Positions 1-8,849 of a DNA stretch of 64,000 nt are shown in pieces. Source of the DNA: Nitrososphaeria archaeon (lineage in GTDB: Archaea > Thermoproteota > Nitrososphaeria > JACIWG01); assembly GCA_963752255.1 (NCBI GenBank), contig CAVVXT010000019.1, positions 256,001 to 320,000 of the forward strand, in the 5' to 3' direction. The notes beneath the pieces are model-generated. The model searched no databases and was not told the origin of the DNA. It was given only the letters and a program-made list of their open reading frames with translations. Every line of letters starts with the position of its first letter. Position 1 is the first letter of the stretch. The position numbers and the translations under genes were made by a program.

Positions 1-431
1 ATTTGTGGGTTAGACTGGTCAGTTATAATAATCAGAGTCCCCTGTTGCCCGGTCATGATGCTTGTAGAGAAATTGCTGGGGATGACTATACCGCCGTCAA
101 TATCGCCCCTCTGAATCATATTCTTGATATCGCCAACATTCGACGCGTTAGATAAAACCATCATCCCTGTCTTTTTGTTGATCTGCTGCAAGACTATGGT
201 AAAAGTTTGGCTTGCAATAGTGGAATTGCGATAACCAACATCCTCATTCACCAACGCGACAGGCAAGTTGCTTACCGTGCTGCCGTTGGACGGATAAATA
301 AAGCCTACCATACCCATCATGAATATCGGCATTAGCACAAGTAAGACTAACCCCAGTCGGTTCCTGAACAGCTCCGTTAGATCTTTCTGAGCGATCCTAA
401 TACTGTGTAAAAGTAGAGACTTTGCTCCCAT
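1..431 (-). CDS. ABC-2 type exporter permease, 5' part (runs off window)
   Basis: Hand translation from ATG at 431: MGAKSLLLHSIRIAQKDLTELFRNRLGLVLLVLMPIFMM..LPVALVNED; lies directly after the ABC ATPase. Confidence 0.9.
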   Translation of the reverse strand, partial: MGAKSLLLHSIRIAQKDLTELFRNRLGLVLLVLMPIFMMGMVGFIYPSNGSTVSNLPVALVNEDVGYRNSTIASQTFTIVLQQINKKTGMMVLSNASNVGDIKNMIQRGDIDGGIVIPSNFSTSIMTGQQGTLIIITDQSNPQ

Positions 432-437
432 TCTGCC

Positions 438-1460
438 TCACCTTATCCTCCCCTGCGGCGCCCCAAAGCGCCGATGACCCGCAGCAATCGGTATCTTCTG
501 GTCGGCGCTATCTCTAACCTGATGACCCGTTAGATGCAAGAATACATCTTCAAGCGTAGGTTGGAGATTTTCAATAGAATTTATCTTTCCGTTTTTCGCC
601 CTCACAGTGTCGATTACAGAGTCGAACGCCTCGTCGCCATGGACGATAACCCTCAAATGCATGGAATTTTCTTGACTGACAGCGTCCACGCATCCACATG
701 AGCGGATGCCCTCGATAATATCGGCTGATAGATTTCCGATCTCTAGTTCCATTATAGTTGTATCAGCTCCTGAAATTAGTTTTTTCAAATTTGTTGATGT
801 ATCAAGCGCGACAATTTTGCCGTGGTCCATAATACCTATGCGATCACACAACAAATCAGCATCAACCATCATATGCGTCGTTATTATAATGGTGGTTTTA
901 TTTTCTCTATTGATTTTCTTTATGAACTCCTTGATCTCAACAGACGATTGAGGATCCAAACCCAGTGTTGGCTCATCCAAGAACAGCACTTGGGGCATGT
1001 TAAGGAGGGCCCGTATCACGTTTATCCTCTGTCGCATGCCTGTCGAAAACGTGCCCACTTGAGCGTTCTTCCATTTGGTGAGTTGGACCAGCTCTAGCAG
1101 TTCGTCAATTCTCTTCGTTAAGAGATCTTTGGGAATGTCGAAGAGATTTCCAAAAAATCGCAGGTTCTCTGTGGCCGTCAAACGATTGTACATTATCATC
1201 TTTTCGGAAACTATACCTATCAATTTTCGCACATTGGTGTCGTTTTTCACGATGTCGTAGCCGCCAATCGTTGCAGTTCCCTTTGAAGGCCTTGCTAATG
1301 TAGAGAGCACACGTAAGGTGGTGCTCTTGCCTGCCCCGTTAGGACCGAGTAGGCCGAAGATCTCGCCTTTCTTAACGTCAAATGAGATGTCGTCAACCGC
1401 TGCGAAATCGTTGAATGTTTTAGTAAGGTTCTTTACTTCGATTATTGACTCAGTTTCCAA
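438..1460 (-). CDS. ABC transporter ATP-binding protein (DrrA-like)
   Basis: Walker A GPNGAGKS, signature FSTGM, Walker B FLDEPT, C-terminal PTLEDVF. Confidence 0.95.
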   Translation of the reverse strand: METESIIEVKNLTKTFNDFAAVDDISFDVKKGEIFGLLGPNGAGKSTTLRVLSTLARPSKGTATIGGYDIVKNDTNVRKLIGIVSEKMIMYNRLTATENLRFFGNLFDIPKDLLTKRIDELLELVQLTKWKNAQVGTFSTGMRQRINVIRALLNMPQVLFLDEPTLGLDPQSSVEIKEFIKKINRENKTTIIITTHMMVDADLLCDRIGIMDHGKIVALDTSTNLKKLISGADTTIMELEIGNLSADIIEGIRSCGCVDAVSQENSMHLRVIVHGDEAFDSVIDTVRAKNGKINSIENLQPTLEDVFLHLTGHQVRDSADQKIPIAAGHRRFGAPQGRIR

Positions 1461-1576
1461 CTTTAAATCACCTTTACCGGAATATTATTCGTTGAAATAT
1501 TATTCATTGCAATATATCTCCATGGGAGCAAGGCAAAAATAAGTAAAATATAAATATTCCTAAAGACAATAATAAT

Positions 1577-2182
1577 TTGGTAACGCACATGCAAACAGAA
1601 TTCGAAGAAGAGACAACTGTGCACTGGCTGAAGGAAGCGCAAAAAGGTTACATCCGCGTTGCGGTACTCATTCTCCTCAACAAGAAGCCGTCTCACGGCT
1701 ACGAAATCATGAAAGAAATCAAAGACAAAACCAGAGGCTTTTGGAAACCGACAGCCGGCGGCGTATACCCAATCCTTAGAGACCTAGAAAAAGATGGATA
1801 CATCGAAGGGAAATGGTCCACCCAAAATAACAGAAAAATAAAGGTCTACAAAATCACCCACACAGGCAGTATTATTCTCAAACGTGCAATTGTCAAGCAA
1901 AGCAAAATCGCTAACAGCATGAACGCCCTGTTTCAAGACTTTGCGAAAGACGTTTTGAGCATAAAACCAGAAACATTACCAATGCTAGTTATACCAACCC
2001 CTTTCTCCCCCTTCTTTGAGGAGAAAAATCAAGAACAGGAATTGGACATAAAAAACTTAAAACAAAAACGCAACAATCTTAAAGGCACAATCAGGATGTT
2101 GCAAAAAGAGCTTCAAACAACAAATAAAAAATTAGCCAAACAAATAGCTGTGAAAGAACCAAAGAAAGTGAGCTCATCATAG
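1577..2182 (+). CDS. PadR family transcriptional regulator
   Basis: HGYEIMKEI...GGVYPILRDLEKDGYI...YKIT winged-helix pattern; divergent from the ABC operon. Confidence 0.93.
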   Translation: MVTHMQTEFEEETTVHWLKEAQKGYIRVAVLILLNKKPSHGYEIMKEIKDKTRGFWKPTAGGVYPILRDLEKDGYIEGKWSTQNNRKIKVYKITHTGSIILKRAIVKQSKIANSMNALFQDFAKDVLSIKPETLPMLVIPTPFSPFFEEKNQEQELDIKNLKQKRNNLKGTIRMLQKELQTTNKKLAKQIAVKEPKKVSSS

Positions 2183-2468
2183 TAGTTGGACTTCATGCTC
2201 AAATAAATACGCGATACTAAATATCTGAGACAAGCGCCTGCAATTAGCATGGTCTGTCTAAAACGTCAGAGGATAGTCGTTCTAAGTTCATGACTTAATC
2301 TGTTAAGTTCCATAACGAAAACCCGGCAAATAATCATAATCACCCTGATACTTTGAATTCTGCTAACTCATTAAAGAGAACCTTGAACTTAACAAATGCA
2401 TTTTATTTAAAAAGCGTCTAAGAAAGAGAATAAATTAACTTATCATGTATGCTTCTGAAATTAACTAT

Positions 2469-2495
2469 CCCGTAAAAATTCGGGAAATTTTAATA
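2469..2495 (+). promoter_or_regulatory. CCCG-N8-CGGG operator abutting BRE/TATA (copy 1)
   Basis: CCCG taaaaatt CGGG AAA TTTTAATA; same arrangement at 32908-32934(-) and 60182-60210(+). Confidence 0.6.
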
Positions 2496-2530
2496 TTATG
2501 TACTTCCATGTATGGAATTTGGTGAAATTG

Positions 2531-2689
2531 ATGCCATACAAGAAGAAGATCGTGTTGGGGACAGCGGTCGTTAGCGGCCTAACGGTCGGTGGAATATTAG
2601 CGTACAGAAAGTTCAAGAAAAACATCATCATAGGATTAGTCATCGCCCTACCTTTGTGGGCAATGCTCATTTATTTTTACTTCCTCTAG
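2531..2689 (+). CDS. small two-helix membrane protein
   Basis: GGTGA SD before ATG 2531; two hydrophobic stretches; promoter upstream. Confidence 0.6.
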   Translation: MPYKKKIVLGTAVVSGLTVGGILAYRKFKKNIIIGLVIALPLWAMLIYFYFL

Positions 2690-3031
2690 AAAGGTCTCCA
2701 CACATACGATATATTGATATATAAGAAATCTTATTTAAATGTCGCTATAATAGCGGACATGTGGGTTTTCGACCATAAAAACGCTCATTTTTCGACCACT
2801 CTTTTATAAATATTCCATGATATATCGATAGTTATATATCTTTTCTGAAAGGAAATATTTGAAAAAGTAAATCTAAAAGGGAAGAATCTCGCTCGTAAAT
2901 ATCCGCACTGCCTTAAACGGTTATCGATGAGCCGACAGTTTACAGCCAGACAGATGAGCCGTTATCTTGACAGAACCCAAAAAAAGGGAATCCATAAATA
3001 TGTCCTAATCAAAAAATAATAATGAATACTT

Positions 3032-3547
3032 ATGTCCAAAGAGAAAAAGGGAGCCCTTGCAGTTAAAAAGACAAATAAGCCTACGATTGCCGTTAAAAAA
3101 CCTCAACCTAGTGAAATTCAAGAGTTCAACAAGTTGTTAGACACGTTCCGGAGTGAGTTAATATGGGACCCCTTCCGAGGATTCGAGTGGCCTATTGAAT
3201 ATGAACTCCCGACGCGTATACCCTTTGTTGATGTTATCGACTCAGGTAACGAGTATGTTGTGAAAGCAGAGATTCCGGGGTTGAAAAAGGAAAATGTTAA
3301 GATTGAGGTTGGGACGAACGAGTTGTCACTGACTGCCAAATCTGATGTTGAGAAGGAGGAGAAGGAAGGAAAAACCTATTTGCACAGGGAAAGAGCTTTC
3401 TCCGCATTCCGCAGATATATAGGATTCGCTGAAAGCGTAGATGTAGACAAAGTTTCAGCTAACATAGCTGAAGGTATCCTCGAAGTAAAACTTCCCAAAC
3501 TCGAGCACAAGCCTGAAAAGGAAAGAAAACAGATAACAATCCCATAA
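3032..3547 (+). CDS. Hsp20/alpha-crystallin small heat-shock protein
   Basis: PFVDVID...AEIPGLKKENVKI...GILEVKLPK and C-terminal ITI motif; T-tract after the stop. Confidence 0.95.
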   Translation: MSKEKKGALAVKKTNKPTIAVKKPQPSEIQEFNKLLDTFRSELIWDPFRGFEWPIEYELPTRIPFVDVIDSGNEYVVKAEIPGLKKENVKIEVGTNELSLTAKSDVEKEEKEGKTYLHRERAFSAFRRYIGFAESVDVDKVSANIAEGILEVKLPKLEHKPEKERKQITIP

Positions 3548-3699
3548 ACCTTTTTTTAACCATCATTCGTATATGCCAGAATTATCTTTGTATTTAGTTA
3601 CAAACTTTGTTAACTAATAGTATTTTCCGGGATTATCGAGTTGTCAACTTCTAATATACATTAAATCTCTATTTAACTGATGGATAAGGGCTTTTTTAT

Positions 3700-4340
3700 A
3701 TAGTAGGACCACTTCTTATAGTCGATAGCGATGTGTCTTAGTAGATTTGTTACTAGCATGTAAGGAGATCTGATTAGGAGCAAAGGCTATCAGAGCCGAC
3801 CTAGAAATTTTAGGAACATCTAGCGAATCATGTTTGTGGTCCACCTTGCCTTACCATGTCAGATAAGGTAAAAGTTATTAAGACTTGGCATGTTGTTGAT
3901 CTATTTTTAACTTGATCTTATGGTAAACCACCCACTAAGAATTTCTAAAACAGATCCAATTTAGCGTTCTTGCCATGGGTCAAGATGGCTTATCAAAATG
4001 ACCCCTGCCTATAAGTTGAAAGAAGTTGCCCAGTTAGAAACTTTTTTTGGGATTCACTTAATTATTTAATTGTATACTGGCTAACCCACCAAAAAGTAAC
4101 TGATAGTCTTTAGTTAATTTAAGTGATCCTACGGTTATCATGTCACTTCTCCTCGAATCTCGTGAACCGTAGTATTGTTATGATTACTCGCCTAGATTTA
4201 CTATGGTGTTCCTATTCCTCCTGAACAAAAGAACCATGTATTGTATCTGACATATAATAATTGGTTCCTTGGTTATTTATATTATGGGTTAAGTCACAGT
4301 CTGAATGGGATAGCTAACCGCTAATAATAATAGCAACTCC
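3700..4340 (+). ncRNA. candidate large structured non-coding RNA (family unknown)
   Basis: ORF-free; ~15 nested hand-drawn helices with G-U wobbles on the + strand, a possible pseudoknot and loop-loop complement; TATA-like boxes at 3670 and 3695. Confidence 0.35.
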
Positions 4341-4362
4341 ATATTATATATGCGGGAGAAAA

Positions 4363-5718
4363 ATGGCTGGGCTCATATTCTATGGCGGAGTCAACGAGAT
4401 CGGCGGCAACAAGATCCTTCTGAAAGACAAAGATACGAAGATCTTATTTGACTTCGGACAGGCTTTCAATTTTGGCGTAGATTATTTTACAGGGTGGCTT
4501 TGCCCACGTGCAGTAAACGGTTTAGGAGACCATTTTGAATTTGGCCTTTTGCCCAAGATACAAGGATTATACGCAAAGGAACAGTTAGCCTTCACTGATC
4601 TTCCTTACTCGGAGCCAGAGATCGGAGCAGTCTTTCTCTCCCACGCTCATTTTGACCATGTTGCGCACATCTGTTTTGTGGACCCGCAGATCCCCGTGCA
4701 TCTTGGTGTTGGTACAAAGCTTTTTCTTGAATCGATGGAAGAAACCAGCAGTTTTTGTGACTACGGCGAACACAAATACCGAACTTTCCGCACTGGAAAG
4801 AAAATTAGGATAGATGGCATAGAAGTAAAACCTGTGCATGTTGATCACTCGATTCCCGCAGCGTATGGCTTCGTCATACACACGTCCGAGGGAACAGTCG
4901 TCTACACTGGGGACGTTAGGATGCATGGTCCAAAAAAGAATCTTACCGAAGAATTCATAGAGAGAGCAAGAGGATCCAAGCCGGACGCTCTGATCTGCGA
5001 AGGAACAAGGATGGCACTGAAAGAAAAACGTAAGAACTACACCGAGTTCCAGGTGGAACAGCTGAGCAATAAAATTGTCTCTTCAACCGACAAGATTGTA
5101 CTCGTGGCGCATTACAGTCGTGACATGGACAGGTTCAGAAGTTTCTACAACGTAGCAATCAAGAACGAAAGAAAGATTGTGGTCTCACCAAAAACCGCTT
5201 ACCTGCTCAGCAAGCTTATCCACGATGAACACCTTGACCTGCCAGATCCTTTGAAGGACAGCCGCATTCTAGTATATTACAAGCGCAAGAAGTCTGGAAC
5301 CTACGACGACGCCGACTATTATGGATGGGAGAGACAGTTCATGGACAAGATGGTGACATACAAGTTTGTCCATGAGAACCAGAGTAGGCTCATCATGGAC
5401 CTAGACTTCTATCAGTTTGCAGAGTTGATAGACATAAAACCGGAGCAGGGTAGTCACTTTATTCACAGTATGAGCGAGCCTTTCAGTGAAGAGGATGTTG
5501 AAGATGAAGTTCTGCACAACTGGCTTGACCATTTTGAAATACTGTTTCACCAACTACACGCTTCAGGCCATCTGAACAGAGAGCAAATAGGACATCTGGT
5601 TACTGAGATAGATGCAAAGAGGGTCTTTCCTGTTCACACAGAAAACTCGCATTTGTTCAAATACATAAGCGAAAATATTCAGAAGATAGAATGTGGGAAA
5701 GAATACAGGATTAGCTAA
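4363..5718 (+). CDS. metallo-beta-lactamase/beta-CASP nuclease, RNase J-like
   Basis: GGVNEIGGN, SHAHFDH, DHS, YTGD, HASGH and PVHTE motifs. Confidence 0.9.
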   Translation: MAGLIFYGGVNEIGGNKILLKDKDTKILFDFGQAFNFGVDYFTGWLCPRAVNGLGDHFEFGLLPKIQGLYAKEQLAFTDLPYSEPEIGAVFLSHAHFDHVAHICFVDPQIPVHLGVGTKLFLESMEETSSFCDYGEHKYRTFRTGKKIRIDGIEVKPVHVDHSIPAAYGFVIHTSEGTVVYTGDVRMHGPKKNLTEEFIERARGSKPDALICEGTRMALKEKRKNYTEFQVEQLSNKIVSSTDKIVLVAHYSRDMDRFRSFYNVAIKNERKIVVSPKTAYLLSKLIHDEHLDLPDPLKDSRILVYYKRKKSGTYDDADYYGWERQFMDKMVTYKFVHENQSRLIMDLDFYQFAELIDIKPEQGSHFIHSMSEPFSEEDVEDEVLHNWLDHFEILFHQLHASGHLNREQIGHLVTEIDAKRVFPVHTENSHLFKYISENIQKIECGKEYRIS

Positions 5719-5770
5719 ATTTGAAGCAAATTGTGGATATAAAATTTATGTTTGACAAAGGGATGTTTAG

Positions 5771-5959
5771 ATGGTTGAATATTTCCACTTGAGTGGTTCC
5801 CTAACGAGTGTTAATACTGACAAAAAGGTGATGATAATAATGGTTGATGGCAATGAACGAACTTTTAATTACCAAGTAGAACTTCCAGAAGAATGGATCG
5901 TTAAGAATGTCGGTGAAGAAATAAAGGTCGTTATAAAAGACAGAGTAATAAATAATTAA
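5771..5959 (+). CDS. small hypothetical beta-rich protein
   Basis: 62-aa ORF with ATG, upstream TATA-like box and downstream T-tract. Confidence 0.6.
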   Translation: MVEYFHLSGSLTSVNTDKKVMIIMVDGNERTFNYQVELPEEWIVKNVGEEIKVVIKDRVINN

Positions 5960-6061
5960 AGTTAAATAATAAAAAATCAGTTAGCACCTTTTCCCTTTTT
6001 TTAATATTCCATCTGTTCCGAAGACGATAATTTAATAAACGGGAACATTATAGGAAATTAA

Positions 6062-6187
6062 AATACTGACCCTTATCGCTCAGCTTTATTGGTCAAAATG
6101 TTTCAAGATGATGAGAAAAGCTGGAAAGCTCTAACTACATATTGCCAGTATGTAAATAATTATGCTCTTCTTCTAGGAAAAAGGTAG
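6062..6187 (+). pseudogene. possible decayed fragment of glycine cleavage H protein
   Basis: NTDPYRSALLVKM..WKALTTYCQY resembles the GcvH C-terminus (NxDPYGxGWLVK); no start, upstream stop. Confidence 0.3.
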
Positions 6188-6323
6188 TAAATTTTCTTAG
6201 GAAATGGGATCAGTAGCATGTATTTTTATAAAAAAGGATTTTATAGATATAACTATCTTATGATAACACAACCGCCTCTGAAATTCAAAAGTTAAATAGA
6301 GAGATTGGGGGTTAAATCATTCT

Positions 6324-6701
6324 ATGAAATGTTCCTGTTGCGGTATATGTTGTCAGAAAACCAAGATGATGCTTTCATTTGAAGACGTTAAACGATTGGA
6401 AAGGTTAGATTATGATTGTCAGAAGTTCATATTTCGTGATAGACAAGGTTTCTTTTGTTTGCAGAATGATCACGGGCACTGTTTTTTCTATGATGTCTGG
6501 AATCATAGTTGTAATGTCTATAAGGATAGGCCTCTGGGATGCTACATTTATCCAGTGATCTATCAGGTAGGGAAAGGAATCAAGGTCGATGATATTTGCC
6601 CAATGAAGTATACTGTATCCAAGAGGGAACTGAAAAGAAAAGGTAAAGAGTTATCAGATCTTATTCAAAGATTATCACAAGAGTCTAAAGTTGACTTTTG
6701 A
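6324..6701 (+). CDS. YkgJ/UPF0153 cysteine-cluster protein
   Basis: CxxCxxCC N-terminus, CFFYD...CNVYKDRPLGCYIYP. Confidence 0.9.
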   Translation: MKCSCCGICCQKTKMMLSFEDVKRLERLDYDCQKFIFRDRQGFFCLQNDHGHCFFYDVWNHSCNVYKDRPLGCYIYPVIYQVGKGIKVDDICPMKYTVSKRELKRKGKELSDLIQRLSQESKVDF

Positions 6702-6887
6702 GGAATTTTAAATAGGTAGGTACTAATTTTTCAGGGAAACTGTTGGAGCAGATATTGGAACATCATCCGAAGCTGGGCGATCTTGGACAGCTAAACAGGG
6801 TGAGAGCTTCTAACCGTGTGTCGTATAAACGACTGTACGGCACTAAAGGTTTTAATTATACGGACTCCGTTGTTCCCTCGTAGGTAG

Positions 6888-7406
6888 ATGAGCAGCACTT
6901 ATTCTCTCCTTGAAGTCAACAATCTCGTACTTAAGAAGAAGATACTCTCCATGCGTGAGCATTATGATCTGGAGGGTGTGACAGGAATGAAATTGGGAGA
7001 AGCTGATGGTAATCTGTTTCAGTTTCCCACCAAGTTCGTCATCATAGATACAAATCGTTCTGAGTTGATGCATCTTACAGGGAAAGTATTGTCGCTCCGA
7101 AACCAGTTCACTTTCTATGACAATACTGGAGTGGAACTGGGAACCATAAAGAAGAAGATAGTCAAATTGATCGGGGAAGAGTACTGGGTGGAAAAAGACG
7201 GGCTTGAGTTCATGCGCATTTACGGTAATTTCACGGAGCACGACTATCAGATACAGGTCAACGGGGTTCAGGTCGCCTCTGTGCACAAGAAATGGGTCTC
7301 GGTGCGAGATCAGCTCGGCGTCTCGATAACAGGAGAAGCAGATCACCGAGTGATAATCGGAGCAGTGATTGTGATCGAACATGTGGAGGTCACGGAGAGT
7401 CGATGA
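6888..7406 (+). CDS. LURP-one-related/scramblase (tubby-like) protein
   Basis: KKKILSMREHYD...IYGNFTEHDYQI...VASVHKKWVSVRD pattern. Confidence 0.85.
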   Translation: MSSTYSLLEVNNLVLKKKILSMREHYDLEGVTGMKLGEADGNLFQFPTKFVIIDTNRSELMHLTGKVLSLRNQFTFYDNTGVELGTIKKKIVKLIGEEYWVEKDGLEFMRIYGNFTEHDYQIQVNGVQVASVHKKWVSVRDQLGVSITGEADHRVIIGAVIVIEHVEVTESR

Positions 7407-7436
7407 AAAACTTTAAGCGCTGTTTAGAACCGGAAG

Positions 7437-7761
7437 ATGGAAAACTTGAAGACGATGGTAATCTATATGTCTATTTCTCATAATAAAACTGAGAAATTGG
7501 CAAAGGTTCTAGTTGATACTTTATCTACAGATTTGAAAAAGGCAGATCAAATCGATCCAAGCAGTCTTTCAGATTATGACCTTACTGGTTTTGGTTCAGG
7601 AATCTATAATGAAAAACACCAAAAAGCCTGCTTAATTTAGTTGAAAGCCTGCCTCAAAGCAACCAGAAGGCATTAATCTTTTCCACAGCAGTTTACGTAA
7701 CAGAAAAGAGAGCGCAGAAATATCATGATCCCGGCACATACATGAACAAACTCATAGGCTA
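7437..7761 (+). pseudogene. flavodoxin family protein, frameshifted and truncated
   Basis: VIYMSISHNKTEKLAK..DYDLTGFGSGIY; shift at A5 (7621) continues SLLNLVESLP..ALIFST, then premature TAG. Confidence 0.75.
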
Positions 7762-8849
7762 GAAGTGATGAAAATGACGTCTCAAGTTGCTGACGAATTT
7801 TTGTTTAACAATACCACTTTATGTAAACTTCATCAAACTGGTAAATGTTGCATTAGCCTTTCTGGTAAATAAAATATCGTTTGACAATACAGAGATAATC
7901 TTGGCTCATGCAAAAATCTGACGGCACAATTAACACAAACATTCCACTGATATGCTCAGACAAATCCCCCTGAGAATTATTTAGCATCACGTTGCTCTCA
8001 TACAGGACGCATTTAAATCGAGCCAACCAAAAGAACTTGCTAAAATTTTTGCCCATTTACTATCTGAGCCGACCAGTATTGGACCTAGTTGGCTAATTGG
8101 TTGCACATTAACCGTAACGGTAAATGCGTCCGATGGCATGAACCTGCTTTTATCAATTGGTGATTGTTGACCTAACTGGTCTGCGTTCCAACTGTCTTAT
8201 GGAACTTGGACATGTTTTAAGACGGAAAAAAAGTTATCATGACCGCAATGAATGGAACATCCCTCCCATTTTATCCATAAACAATACCATGTCACTTTTG
8301 GTCTACTAGAATACAAGACAAGAGACGTATACAGGATTCCGAGACATTTTTGCAAATAAATATCAACAGATGACCAATAATAGGTAAACGTAGCAAACAT
8401 TGATATGATTAACTATGACACAGCCTTTATGAATTCATCGACAGAATTGAAGAAGAAATATAGAAAGCCCAAATAAAATCATAAGAGAAGCTCCGGATAA
8501 GGTTGCTAAAACGATCATGATAACGGCCTCTGGACCTGAAAGCGAATAAAAAGGGTAACTTTATTTTATATCCGGCAGACCATTGGTCTGCCAACTTACT
8601 TCATTTTCACTATAAAAGCATATTTAACAATTAAGACAATGTGGTTTTATAGTAAACGTTCCACGTTTCCGGCGTTCGGGCCGGACACCGGTTTATATGA
8701 ATCGCAAAAAAACAAAGCCACGCTTTCATTATCAGACGTCCTCTTCGGTACATCCGGTACGTTAGCGATAAAATTGCTTCCTCTCAAAGATAAACCATTT
8801 TAGAATAGCACGGCGTTCAGCGTTATAAGCCTTTTGGGATTTGGATAGA

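Noticed and set aside
2916-2963. Hammerhead or C/D sRNA suggested by GATGAGCCG x2
   Set aside because: No CTGATGA/GAAA core and no properly placed CTGA box
3853-3864. 12-mer ACCATGTCAGAT shared with 38298
   Set aside because: Many 12-bp matches are expected by chance in 64 kb
4129-4172. Group II intron domain V suggested by GAACCGTA/TACGGTT
   Set aside because: Arms are in the wrong order and spacing; no GTGCG 5' end or RT ORF
6001-6215. Hand-drawn hairpins suggesting an ncRNA
   Set aside because: Overlaps a probable GcvH pseudogene fragment; kept as a caution that manual folding is permissive
8697-8848. Possible EamA/DMT transporter remnant (VLFGTSGTLAIKLL)
   Set aside because: Too short and interrupted to support a call
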